A stretch of 64,000 nucleotides of DNA from an uncultured virus (IMG/VR IMGVR_UViG_3300007171_000076) (IMGVR_UViG_3300007171_000076), one strand, 5' to 3'. Positions 35,352 to 45,268 are shown, counted from the stretch's first letter. Program-made: numbers and translations. Notes: generated by a model not told the origin, from the sequence alone.

Positions 35352-38045
35352 ATGAAGAAAGCTATTGTTTTATGGTGTTTGTTATACATCATTATTTCTG
35401 GTGCGTTGGCTCAAAAACCACCACAAGTGAAGAATTTTACTTCTCAAGTAGAATTGTGTTATTGCGTTGGTACTCCTAGCAATTATCATGTGAAAATGCG
35501 TTGGGATTTAATTCCTAAAGTAACTAGATATTTTGTTTATAGGGTTGGGCAAGGTGTAAAGCCTGACTATTTCAAACCGTATGCAAAGCTCACAAACAAT
35601 GAAAGTATGTTCATCGATAGAGCTGTAAAGTATCAAGATAAATGGGACTATTATGTTGCTGGAGTAGTTCCTAGTGGATATCTTCAAATGTCTGCGAAAT
35701 CTACAGCAGTCATTCCTTTATTAGTTCTCAAAAATCCTGAAGCTCCAACAAATTTAAGAACATTTGGCTTTTGGGATGGTGGACCTTATGATGTGTTACA
35801 ATGGGAACCTAGCCCTGAAGCTGTATCATACAACATTTATAGATACGATTATAAAATTGGTTCATCAAATACCAATTCATTTACTGTAAATAAATTAATT
35901 TATCAAGATCAATGGACTTATTCCGTTACTGCTGTTGATAAATTTGGTCTTGAATCTTTACCTTCAAATTTAGGTATGGCTAGAGGAGAGTATCCACCTA
36001 ATTACAATTTTGGATGGAGAACTAAACCACCATCAACTCCTGGTAAATATGTTACAAGCCCTGAATGGAATAGAGGAAGGCCTAGAAATTTCATTAAATG
36101 GCAAGATCAACAAGTTTGGGGTCAAGATGCTCCGAATGCTTATAATATTTACAGAGATGGAGTTTTGGTTTGCTCTGGTCTTTGGTCGCAGTATTACATA
36201 GATACTAATGTTGTTTCAGGAAAAACTTACAAGTATCAGATTGGATCAGTAAATAGAGATCAATTTACTGTTCAAGAAACATTAGGTCCAGTTGTTGAAA
36301 TTACTACTGCTTTTGGTCCTAAAGATTTATCTGCAACTCCTGTAAATATAACTGGAAATGAACCCAATGATGATAGTGTTGTTGTGAAGTTTGATTATGT
36401 TCCGGGTGCTATTGATTATAGAGTTTATGTAGAAGGTAATCCAAACACTGTCAAATATTCTTCTGGATTTAATATGATTGAGATGAACGGCTTAGTAAGT
36501 GATCAATCATATAATCTTATTGTAGAAGCACTTGACAAAATGGGTCCTTATCAGAAAATAGATGGAATTATTGGGCCTGGAGCTAGTGGACCAAATGGAG
36601 AAATTCATGCTGCCGTAAATGGTCACGGAGATCCATCCAATGAACCAAATGTAATTGCTAGATCTCTTCCATATAAAGTCACTACTGTAAAGAGAGTAAT
36701 GACTGGTGAACAAGTTTTCTTCGATAACTTTAGAGATTTTCAACCTATAGTTCAACTGCCAACAAAACAAGAAATTTTTAATTTCAGATTTGGTGCTGAT
36801 AATCAATACAAAAATGAAGCTCATTTATTCTTAAAATGGTTTGAGAATGATAAGTGGAACTTCTTCTTGGATGATCTTGATACAAACCATTCAACAGTTT
36901 TCTTGATGGGTTCTCACTTTATGGACACTATTTATGATGGTGCTTCTTTACCAAGACCTGGTTGGGCACACCTAAGTAATGGTGTTATGTTAATGTCACC
37001 AAAGAAAACTGCTAATATTGCGAATGAAAAAGTTCTTCACGTAACATTTGAAGTTGATCCTCACTTCTCTGGTAGAAGATGGTGTGATTTACTTTTATTA
37101 CCTGCTGGAGAAGTTGTTTATTCAGGCAAAGCAGCAGATAAAATTGCTATGAATACAAAAAGTGGCAAGTTGTTTAGATGGGCAATAAATTCAGGTAGCC
37201 ATAATATGAATATAGACACTGGATACAACCCTGATGGCTCAAGAAAGTCATTCAACATTCCAGTAAAATATGCAGACAGAAACAGCGTTCATAATTATCC
37301 TACACCATATAGAAGAGTTGATTATCGTCAAGAATTTAAAGTTGGAACTTTTGTTGTTGACAGTCTTACTCAAAGTGGAAGAGAAGTCAATGCCAAAATG
37401 TCATCTAAATTCTTTGATGGTAGTAAATTTCCAGCATTCAACGTTCAGTCAAATTACACCCCAAGTTCAGGATGGATAAGATTTGCTGAATTTGGCGGAG
37501 CTGCTGAATATGAATGGACAGATACGACATTTAAAGTTATTGATGATATTGATTTAAATCCGAATCATTGGTGGATCAAACAATCATCAAAAGATTCAAT
37601 TATCAAATTAATGGATGCATATTGTTCTAATCGCTCTGGTGCTCTTATATATAGATCAACCAAAAATCCTGTATCTGGTAAATATGAAGGAGATATTTTC
37701 TTTAGACCTAGTGTTGAAAGAAGAGACTATCCTTTAAATAGAACTTGGCAAGGATTAGACAGAAGAGTTAAGTTTGACTTATATATTTCAAAGAACAGAG
37801 TTGTAGCAGTTGAAGATAATTATTTAGTAATTGATTCGCCATTACCAGTAGATTTTCCATTTGAAGAAATCAATGTCAACTATACACACTTGATTTATCA
37901 CACATGGAATGAAATTGGAGAAGTGAGAACTTGGACCCCAGATAACTCATATTGGATTAATTTCAGACCTTTTGCAGATGAAAGACACTGGGATAATATG
38001 GGATTTGAAGTATTGACAAGTTTTCCTGATGTGAAGTTGTTGTAG
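35352..38045 (+). CDS. secreted fibronectin type III repeat protein
   Basis: signal peptide; FN3-like units W......A.SYNIYR...Y.VTAVD..G.ES..SN; GGAGGT RBS. Confidence 0.75.
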   Translation: MKKAIVLWCLLYIIISGALAQKPPQVKNFTSQVELCYCVGTPSNYHVKMRWDLIPKVTRYFVYRVGQGVKPDYFKPYAKLTNNESMFIDRAVKYQDKWDYYVAGVVPSGYLQMSAKSTAVIPLLVLKNPEAPTNLRTFGFWDGGPYDVLQWEPSPEAVSYNIYRYDYKIGSSNTNSFTVNKLIYQDQWTYSVTAVDKFGLESLPSNLGMARGEYPPNYNFGWRTKPPSTPGKYVTSPEWNRGRPRNFIKWQDQQVWGQDAPNAYNIYRDGVLVCSGLWSQYYIDTNVVSGKTYKYQIGSVNRDQFTVQETLGPVVEITTAFGPKDLSATPVNITGNEPNDDSVVVKFDYVPGAIDYRVYVEGNPNTVKYSSGFNMIEMNGLVSDQSYNLIVEALDKMGPYQKIDGIIGPGASGPNGEIHAAVNGHGDPSNEPNVIARSLPYKVTTVKRVMTGEQVFFDNFRDFQPIVQLPTKQEIFNFRFGADNQYKNEAHLFLKWFENDKWNFFLDDLDTNHSTVFLMGSHFMDTIYDGASLPRPGWAHLSNGVMLMSPKKTANIANEKVLHVTFEVDPHFSGRRWCDLLLLPAGEVVYSGKAADKIAMNTKSGKLFRWAINSGSHNMNIDTGYNPDGSRKSFNIPVKYADRNSVHNYPTPYRRVDYRQEFKVGTFVVDSLTQSGREVNAKMSSKFFDGSKFPAFNVQSNYTPSSGWIRFAEFGGAAEYEWTDTTFKVIDDIDLNPNHWWIKQSSKDSIIKLMDAYCSNRSGALIYRSTKNPVSGKYEGDIFFRPSVERRDYPLNRTWQGLDRRVKFDLYISKNRVVAVEDNYLVIDSPLPVDFPFEEINVNYTHLIYHTWNEIGEVRTWTPDNSYWINFRPFADERHWDNMGFEVLTSFPDVKLL

Positions 38046-38064
38046 TTTTTAGTTTTTTTATCTT

Positions 38065-38104
38065 AATGAACTTGTAAGTAATTCTTACAAGTTCATTTTT
38101 TTTT
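38065..38104 (+). terminator. intrinsic terminator
   Basis: AATGAACTTGTAAG/CTTACAAGTTCATT stem plus T run. Confidence 0.8.
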
Positions 38105-38152
38105 GCAAATTTACTTCACTTTTGGCATCTTATACGGTAGCATTAGAGTGCT

Positions 38153-38752
38153 ATGATTATTCCAACAGTGTTAGAAAAGTCCGCTACAGGCGAACGTGCT
38201 TATGATATTTGGTCTCGTCTTCTTAAGGATCGAATTATCTTCCTAGGTCAAGAAGTAGACGACTATATTATTAACTTGATTATTGCTCAAATGCTCTTCT
38301 TAGATCGTGAGGATGGACATCGACCTATTGAATTTTATATTAATAGCCCAGGTGGAAGCGTAAGTGCTGGTCTTGCTCTTTTTGATGTTATGAATACTAT
38401 TTCTGCACCTGTTAATACTACCTGCGTTGGTCTAGCAGCTAGCATGGGAGCGGTTTTATTAGCTGGAGGTACAGGAACTCGTTCATCATTGCCTCATTCT
38501 CGCATTATGATTCATCAAGTATCTTCTGGAGCTAGAGGCACTTCTGCTGACCTTAGGATTCAAATGGCTGAAACAAATAAGCTTGAAGATCAATTGTTTC
38601 AAATTTTAGCTGATGCAACTGGTAAAAACAAAAAGCAGATTGCAAAAGATTGTGATCGTGATTATTATATGAGTGCTAAAGAAGCTATGGATTATGGCTT
38701 AATTGACACTGTAATCGAAAGTAAGAAAAATGGCAGAAATTCTCAAAACTAA
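38153..38752 (+). CDS. clpP: ATP-dependent Clp protease proteolytic subunit
   Basis: ERAYDIWSRLLKDRIIFL, YINSPGGSV, GLAASMGA, RIMIHQ, DRDYYMSA. Confidence 0.95.
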   Translation: MIIPTVLEKSATGERAYDIWSRLLKDRIIFLGQEVDDYIINLIIAQMLFLDREDGHRPIEFYINSPGGSVSAGLALFDVMNTISAPVNTTCVGLAASMGAVLLAGGTGTRSSLPHSRIMIHQVSSGARGTSADLRIQMAETNKLEDQLFQILADATGKNKKQIAKDCDRDYYMSAKEAMDYGLIDTVIESKKNGRNSQN

Positions 38753-39731
38753 ATCTATTTACTACAATGACGTAAATCTTGTAGCTCAACCTTGTAAAGT
38801 TAAGAGTCGCAAAGATATTCCTGTTGAATTAGATAGAATTATTGTTTCCCCAATGGAAGCAATCATCGGTAAGACATTTGCTTTGAAGGCAAATGAACTT
38901 GGGCTTACTCTTTGTCTTCATCGTTTTTGCTCAATTGAAGAACAAATAGGACTATATAATTCTTTACCCAATCAAAGGAATGTTTTTGCATCTGTTGGAT
39001 TGAATGATTGGGATAGAGTTGATGAACTGGCAAAAGCTGGTGTAACTTCTTGGCTTATTGATATGGCTAATGGTTATATGCATCGTGAAATTGATGAATG
39101 TGTTCAAAAGTTATCAGAAAGAGCTAGTATTCACAATTTAATGATGGGGAATGTACATACAGAGCGTGGTTTTCAGATGTTATCAGCTATCAAAACACAT
39201 AATTCATTTATGAGATATATTCGTGTTGGAATTGCTGGTGGAAGCCCTTGTGCAACTAATGACTCTACTGGTTATAATCGTGGTCCTATTACTGAAATAA
39301 TGGAAATTGATGATTCTAACCCTTGGGATCCATTTTTAGATAAGAGACATAAGCCATATATTATTGCTGATGGTGGAATTAAAAATTCTGGATATGCTGC
39401 TAAAGCTTTTGGAGCTGGTGCAGATTATGTAATGATGGGAGGTTATTTTGCAAAAGCATTTGAAGCTGAAACGCATGTTAGAGGAGATGGGTACTATTGG
39501 GGAGGTGCCTCTCACAAACAGCAAATACTTTCAACTGGTAAAGTTTATCGTCACTCTGAAGGTAAAGAGGTTCCTATACTTGATGAACTTGCACCTCTCG
39601 AAAGATTAGTGGATGAACTTTGGGGCGGTATTAGTTCTGCAGTGTCTTATAGTGGATATAAGTCCCTCAGAGAATTTATTGGCAACGGCGTATTTGAATT
39701 GAAGCAAAACTCACTGCCACCAAAGAGATAA
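38730..39731 (+). CDS. guaC: GMP reductase (IMPDH/GMPR family)
   Basis: IDMANGY, RVGIAGGSPCAT, IIADGGIK, KAFGAGADYVMMGG, SEGK, GGISSAVSYSG. Confidence 0.75.
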   Translation: MAEILKTKSIYYNDVNLVAQPCKVKSRKDIPVELDRIIVSPMEAIIGKTFALKANELGLTLCLHRFCSIEEQIGLYNSLPNQRNVFASVGLNDWDRVDELAKAGVTSWLIDMANGYMHREIDECVQKLSERASIHNLMMGNVHTERGFQMLSAIKTHNSFMRYIRVGIAGGSPCATNDSTGYNRGPITEIMEIDDSNPWDPFLDKRHKPYIIADGGIKNSGYAAKAFGAGADYVMMGGYFAKAFEAETHVRGDGYYWGGASHKQQILSTGKVYRHSEGKEVPILDELAPLERLVDELWGGISSAVSYSGYKSLREFIGNGVFELKQNSLPPKR

Positions 39732-39732
39732 T

Positions 39733-40200
39733 ATGTACAACCCTGACAACTTAACTAAATTCTTGGATTATATTGGTCATCCTGAACAGTATGATCCAAG
39801 ATATTTAAAAGAAAATAAGATCAAATTAGATTCTAAGATTAAAGATTCTATTTACAAGATTAATCGAAGTAATTGGCTTTGGACTGTTTGGAGTTGTCAG
39901 GGTCATTTAACAGGAAAAGAGAAAGGCTCTATTCCATATTTTACTTTTATTGTTGACAAGGAGTATTTAAGTGATTTATTCATGACAATGCATTCTTGTT
40001 TTCCAAAAGAAGCTAATTTGGATTTTCCGATTTACAATAATGGATACTGGTACAAAATTTCGCAAGGTGTTGAAGATGATAATTATTGTGTTATTAATTG
40101 GCATCTTTTTTCTTCTGAAGGTAAACTGGGACTGAACAAAATCCAAGAATGTATTATCAAATTTGCGGATAAAATCGAGGTATTACATGTCAAGAAATAA
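39733..40200 (+). CDS. hypothetical protein with WTxxSCQGH motif, paralog of 8866-9285
   Basis: INRSNWLWTVWSCQGH...SIPYFTFIVD. Confidence 0.65.
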   Translation: MYNPDNLTKFLDYIGHPEQYDPRYLKENKIKLDSKIKDSIYKINRSNWLWTVWSCQGHLTGKEKGSIPYFTFIVDKEYLSDLFMTMHSCFPKEANLDFPIYNNGYWYKISQGVEDDNYCVINWHLFSSEGKLGLNKIQECIIKFADKIEVLHVKK

Positions 40201-40717
40201 ATTTTATGACAAGATTATTTTACAAATTAAACAAAGGTTTGAGGATGAAACTGCCCTAAACATCCTTGATAATATGCAAGCTGTTTATGAAGCAAAAGAT
40301 AGCGATTATTCTGCTACTGGTCTTCCTATGGGCAATTTACGCAAGTGTGAAGATGCTGGTATTGAAGCTTGGCGAGGATGTTTAGTAAGAATTGGCGATA
40401 AAATGTCCCGCCTTGAAAACTTCCTAAAAGAAAAAGAATATCTGGTAATCTCTGAAAAAGCTGAAGATACTGTCATAGATTTGGCAAATTATGCTATATT
40501 GATGACTTGTCTTATTGAAGAAATCAAAGACCCACATTCTGATTTTTATTGGAATTTGTCAGATAAAGTTCAAGATGATCTTTTAAATCTTTCTTTTCAT
40601 TGTGTTTCTCAAGCAATGTTATGGAAGAAAAATCCAGATGAAAAAGATTTAGATAATTTGGAAAAAGCTCTTAATCATTGGCCTTTGCTTTGTTATTATT
40701 CTTTGGAAATGCGTTAA
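40187..40717 (+). CDS. nucleotide modification-associated (Nmad1/DUF1599-like) helical protein
   Basis: KDSDYS...GNL...G.LVRIGDKMSRL.N...E..EDT..DLANYAIL. Confidence 0.7.
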   Translation: MSRNKFYDKIILQIKQRFEDETALNILDNMQAVYEAKDSDYSATGLPMGNLRKCEDAGIEAWRGCLVRIGDKMSRLENFLKEKEYLVISEKAEDTVIDLANYAILMTCLIEEIKDPHSDFYWNLSDKVQDDLLNLSFHCVSQAMLWKKNPDEKDLDNLEKALNHWPLLCYYSLEMR

Positions 40718-41247
40718 TGGATTTTATTGAAGAAATTAATTCTCATAAAGATTATCTGTTTAAATATTTAATGAAGAAAAATCCTAATGGGCGAATAGAA
40801 GATTTTGAAGATGCCATCCAAGCTTGTTTCATTAAGGCATTTAGATACAAAGATTCATTTAAAGGGGACTGTTCATTAAAAACTTGGCTTACCTTAATTG
40901 TTGGGAATTGCTATACAGACATTTTTAGAGCTAAATATAATCAGTTTGAATGCCTTAATTCCACTGAAGATAATTATATTTTTGAAACTGTTTCCGATAA
41001 AGATTTCTCCCAATCAATTTGTGACCAAGATTTCTATACAAAGTTAAGTGCAGAACTATTTGTCGATATAGATAATAATGTTCATCTTCAAACTTTTAGA
41101 TTGAATGCTCTTGAAAACTTGGAATATTCTCAAATATCTGATAAACTGAACATCCCTATAGGTACTGTTAAATCTCGTATTTTTAAGGCTAGAAAATTGC
41201 TACAAGAAAGATATAAAACAATCGAAGATAGGTGTGTTGATGGCTAA
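40717..41247 (+). CDS. ECF-type sigma70 factor
   Basis: EDAIQACFIKAF...F.G..SLKTWL..I..N; EYSQISDKLNIPIGTVKSRIFKARKLL. Confidence 0.88.
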   Translation: MDFIEEINSHKDYLFKYLMKKNPNGRIEDFEDAIQACFIKAFRYKDSFKGDCSLKTWLTLIVGNCYTDIFRAKYNQFECLNSTEDNYIFETVSDKDFSQSICDQDFYTKLSAELFVDIDNNVHLQTFRLNALENLEYSQISDKLNIPIGTVKSRIFKARKLLQERYKTIEDRCVDG

Positions 41248-41827
41248 GTTTAAGCATTCATTTTGGCGTTATGTTCCGAGTACTGAGAAATTTAAATCGG
41301 AATTCAAATTTGTAGAGTCTATTGAAACTGAATCTGATTCTGTTCCTGAATTTCATGATCATTATTGTATTGACCATGTTGTTGATTTAGAGACAGGACA
41401 GATGAGAGTTAAGAATCATTCTGCGCCTGAATATTGTGTATCTAAATATGTAGGTTGGTCTTTAGAATTACCTCCTGTTGAAAAAGCTAATAAACAGGAA
41501 GTGTACGTTGTGATTCATAGGAGTTCTTTCTCTCATAAAAAGATTGAATTTGATGAGTTCTTAGAGCCTGATCAGAAAAGATACACTCAGGAAGAATTTC
41601 AATGGCTTTTGTCTCTAATTGAAAAGAAATTTAATAAGCAAAAAGAATGGGCAAAAGATGGAATTAAAATACCATCTCAATATGATGATGGTTCACAAGT
41701 ATTTAGGACAGAAGAAGAATTCCGTGCTTTTTCATTAGGTAGACGTGCTTATTTTCTATATCATTTGGTCAATAGTCATAAATTTAAGCATCTTGTTCGC
41801 AGATTAAATATTGGATATACCTCTTGA
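41234..41827 (+). CDS. hypothetical protein
   Basis: 197 aa ORF in operon context. Confidence 0.65.
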   Translation: MLMAKFKHSFWRYVPSTEKFKSEFKFVESIETESDSVPEFHDHYCIDHVVDLETGQMRVKNHSAPEYCVSKYVGWSLELPPVEKANKQEVYVVIHRSSFSHKKIEFDEFLEPDQKRYTQEEFQWLLSLIEKKFNKQKEWAKDGIKIPSQYDDGSQVFRTEEEFRAFSLGRRAYFLYHLVNSHKFKHLVRRLNIGYTS

Positions 41828-41851
41828 CATTGTTCTAAAATCAGGTATACT
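41824..41851 (+). promoter_or_regulatory. sigma70-type promoter
   Basis: TTGACA-16 nt-TATACT. Confidence 0.65.
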
Positions 41852-41858
41852 AAGAATG

Positions 41859-41988
41859 TAAGATGATACAGCAAACTTTTTAAATTAATATTGAAAATTA
41901 AACAATCATCTTGTAAACTGAAGATCATTCAGCAACTCATAAAAAACAAGCAATCTTAGCTCGACTAGGATAAATTTAAATGATCTTG
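41859..41988 (+). ncRNA. two tandem CAGCAA stem-loop RNA units upstream of the DUF2828 gene
   Basis: AAGATGAT-ACAGCAA...ATCATCTT and AAGATCAT-TCAGCAA...ATGATCTT, with a compensatory stem change. Confidence 0.55.
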
Positions 41989-42000
41989 GAGGTATTAATC

Positions 42001-43497
42001 ATGGAATTTTTAGAAGCTTTTGAACAAGAAGCAAATAACACCACTACTACTGAGAATGGTGCTAAAGCTATTAAATCTAGTAATTGTCCTTTAGTGGATT
42101 TGTTCAGTGTTATTTCCTCAAGCCGAAATAATAATCTATCAGACCTTTTCAAACTTGCCTATTTAAAAAACCCTGAATCTGCCATTAGAATTCTTTTCAA
42201 TTCTAGAGATATTAGGGGAGGTCAAGGAGAAAGAGGTATATTCCGTAGTTTATTGCATAATTTAGCTATTTTTGAGCCTATTTTAGTGGCCAAATTAATC
42301 CCTTATGTTCCTGAATTTGGACGATGGGATGATTTGTGGGTACTTCTTGATACAGATGTAAAAGATTCTGTATTGAACTTTGCATGTGCTCAATTACAAA
42401 AGGATATTGAATCTGATAATCCATCTTTACTTGCTAAATGGATGCCTTCTTGTAATGCTAGCAGTAAAGAAACGAAAACCCAAGCTAAGTGTTTTATGAA
42501 CTATCTTGGTATGAAGGAAAAAGAATATCGTCAGACTCTTTCAAAATTACGTTCTAAGCTTGAAGTTGTAGAACAGAAGATTTGTGCTAAGAACTTCAAG
42601 GATATCGAGTATTCTAAGCTTCCTTCAAGAGCAGGTTTAGTTCATAGAAAAACTTTTGCCCAACATGATTCTAAAAGATATTATGAATTCATGTGTTCTT
42701 TGAATGTACTTGAATCTAGTATTAATGCAGCTACTTTATTCCCTTATGATATTGTTAAAGAGATTTTAGCTAATACTAGAGGCATGGTAAATTATGATGA
42801 AGACACTACTTTTGTAAATCTTTATGATGCAATGTGGAAGAATTTACCAGATCATTTTGAGGGTAAATCTTTTAATGGATTAGTTGTAGCAGATGTATCA
42901 GGTTCAATGACTGTTAATAATAATTTACCATTGTCTGTTGCTATTTCTTTGGCTATTTACATATCTGAGAATAACAATAATGGATGGAAAGATAAATTTA
43001 TTACATTCTCTGAAAAGCCATCTATGCAATCTGTTGTTGGTGATAATTTAGTTCAGAAAGTAAATAATCTCAATGAAGCAGATTGGGGATATAATACAGA
43101 TTTGATTGCTGTATTTGATTTGATTCTTGATGTTGCTTGCAAAAATAAAATTGCACCTGATGATATGCCAGAAACATTGATGATTATTTCTGATATGCAA
43201 TTTGATATGGCATGTAAATCCAATAAGCGAACTAATTTTGAGCAGATAGAAAAGAAATACAAGAAGAGTGGTTATAATAGGCCAAAGCTTGTTTTCTGGA
43301 ATGTCAATGCTTCTGGTGGTACTATGCCTGTGAAATTTGATGAATCTGGTACTTGTCTTGTTTCTGGATGCTCACCTTCTATCTTGAAATCAATTTTAGG
43401 TAAAGAAAATTTCAATCCTGAGTTGGTCATGAATGAGACGATTAAAAATGAGCGATATGATGTCATTGGCAATATCGTTAAAGAGCATATAGGTTAA
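42001..43497 (+). CDS. DUF2828 family TROVE/vWA (Ro60-like) protein
   Basis: TTENGA, RDIRGGQGER, FGRWDDL, LLAKWMPS, vWA MIDAS DVSGSM, ISDMQFD, FWNV. Confidence 0.85.
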   Translation: MEFLEAFEQEANNTTTTENGAKAIKSSNCPLVDLFSVISSSRNNNLSDLFKLAYLKNPESAIRILFNSRDIRGGQGERGIFRSLLHNLAIFEPILVAKLIPYVPEFGRWDDLWVLLDTDVKDSVLNFACAQLQKDIESDNPSLLAKWMPSCNASSKETKTQAKCFMNYLGMKEKEYRQTLSKLRSKLEVVEQKICAKNFKDIEYSKLPSRAGLVHRKTFAQHDSKRYYEFMCSLNVLESSINAATLFPYDIVKEILANTRGMVNYDEDTTFVNLYDAMWKNLPDHFEGKSFNGLVVADVSGSMTVNNNLPLSVAISLAIYISENNNNGWKDKFITFSEKPSMQSVVGDNLVQKVNNLNEADWGYNTDLIAVFDLILDVACKNKIAPDDMPETLMIISDMQFDMACKSNKRTNFEQIEKKYKKSGYNRPKLVFWNVNASGGTMPVKFDESGTCLVSGCSPSILKSILGKENFNPELVMNETIKNERYDVIGNIVKEHIG

Positions 43498-43620
43498 AAT
43501 TTATGGAAACCACTATACTAATTGATTGAAGCTCTACAAGAAGCTAAAAAGAATATGTAACAAAAAGGTTTGAGAAATCAGGCCTTTAGTTTTTTTATGG
43601 TAGAATGTGTTGAGGTTAAA

Positions 43621-44322
43621 ATGTCAAAGAAATATTTTGATTATTTAAATAATGAGATTGATTTCACTGGAAGAAATTTCTCATTTGACGAAGCTAAAAA
43701 GATTCTACTCACTGGAAGATATTTTGCATTCGGTGATGGTAATAATTCATCCACAGTTATTGCATGTAAATTTAAAGATTTCTTTTTGTATGATTTGAAG
43801 TCCAATGATTTTAAAGATCCTGTAGATTTTAATTATTGGAAAGGTTATAATAATTGGAAGATAATGCCCATGCCAAAAAATAAATTCAATAATAAGTTTG
43901 TCGGTTCTAATTTCGATGTATTTCTATATGAGAATAATATCGATTTTAAGCGAGATATCAATTGGGCTTTAAAGATGATTGCTCAAGGTAAGATTGTCAC
44001 AAGAGAAGGTAATCCTAATCTCTATTTGTTTCCACCTGATAAATACGATAATTCCAAGGCAAATTTCACTGTACAGGATCTATTTGCAGAAGATTGGATC
44101 ATTGAACCATCTCGTACATTAAAAGATGTCTTAGATGATTTTAACGAAGGATACACAATTAGACGTAAAAGCTGGCATCCAGATAAGGGTATTGGAAAGT
44201 ATTCAGATCACTCTACTATTGACAAGATTGATATGCTTGCTGAAGATTGGGAAGTTGTAGATATAGTTAAGGAAGTTGATAGTGTTCAAGAGCAGCATTT
44301 GAAAGATCGTAATGAGTACTGA
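43621..44322 (+). CDS. multi-domain DUF2829/Tad2-like protein
   Basis: units WALKMIAQGKIVTR...DLFAEDW and LDDFNEGYTIRRKSW...DMLAEDW plus a degenerate N-terminal unit. Confidence 0.65.
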   Translation: MSKKYFDYLNNEIDFTGRNFSFDEAKKILLTGRYFAFGDGNNSSTVIACKFKDFFLYDLKSNDFKDPVDFNYWKGYNNWKIMPMPKNKFNNKFVGSNFDVFLYENNIDFKRDINWALKMIAQGKIVTREGNPNLYLFPPDKYDNSKANFTVQDLFAEDWIIEPSRTLKDVLDDFNEGYTIRRKSWHPDKGIGKYSDHSTIDKIDMLAEDWEVVDIVKEVDSVQEQHLKDRNEY

Positions 44323-44575
44323 TAAAATTCTCAATGAAGAATATGTACGTGGTAGGATCTATAGTTATTTAAAATTTCACAAATACCTTAAGTCTATTGC
44401 TAAGATTGTATGTGAAGTCTGGGAATTTAAATACCAAGATATGTTGGGTGTTGAGTTATCTGAAGATGGTAAGATAGTCTGGATGTATTTTGAAGATAGT
44501 ATGGATGTTGGATTTGACTCTGATCTTCTTTGGGATAAAAATATTAGAGAGACACTTAAAAAAGATTTTGAATAA
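44312..44575 (+). CDS. hypothetical protein
   Basis: 87 aa, overlaps the upstream stop. Confidence 0.6.
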   Translation: MSTDKILNEEYVRGRIYSYLKFHKYLKSIAKIVCEVWEFKYQDMLGVELSEDGKIVWMYFEDSMDVGFDSDLLWDKNIRETLKKDFE

Positions 44576-44650
44576 GCTTGACAATTTGTTTTAAAGATGG
44601 TATGCTCCTTTTGTTGATCATTAGGAGCATTTTTTATTGAGAGGAATACT

Positions 44651-45268
44651 ATGGAAGATTGTTCATTTAATTGGAAGCATATTTTTGTAAAGGAAAGTGG
44701 AGACATAGACCCTCAACCTGGTTTTCCTTGTTATAAACCTGGACAATTGATGTTTGATAATCATATGTCTGCATTGAATTTTGTATTATCAGATGGATGG
44801 GAATTGAATGCTTCCACTCCTCTTGATGTTCATAGATTTTTAACCAGAGAAGTGGATTTTTTTGAGGATAGAAATAACTCTGGAAGATATAGAGAAGTTG
44901 ATGTCTGGATTGGTCATGAAACTTGTCCTGCTCCTATTTTGATTCCTGATTTAATGTATAGATGGTTTAAATTTTCACAAGCTTTAGTTGATTTAAATTA
45001 TGAAAAGAAAATCTCTGGAGTTGTTGCAGCATCTCTTTCTCATCATATGTTTGAAGTTGTGCATCCTTTTATAGATGGCAATGGAAGAACTGGAAGATTA
45101 CTATTTACAAAAATTCTTAAAGATTGTGGTGAAGATCCAAGAATATTTTTTTATAATGATCGTGAAAAATATTACCTTGAGATTCAATGCTTCAGAGAAA
45201 ACTTTTGGAACGGGTATAATTTTGATGTAGATGCTATTTGTCAGGTCTATAATCTGCCTCCAATGTAA
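44651..45268 (+). CDS. Fic family protein
   Basis: canonical HPFIDGNGRTGR motif; GRYR...V.IG. Confidence 0.9.
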   Translation: MEDCSFNWKHIFVKESGDIDPQPGFPCYKPGQLMFDNHMSALNFVLSDGWELNASTPLDVHRFLTREVDFFEDRNNSGRYREVDVWIGHETCPAPILIPDLMYRWFKFSQALVDLNYEKKISGVVAASLSHHMFEVVHPFIDGNGRTGRLLFTKILKDCGEDPRIFFYNDREKYYLEIQCFRENFWNGYNFDVDAICQVYNLPPM

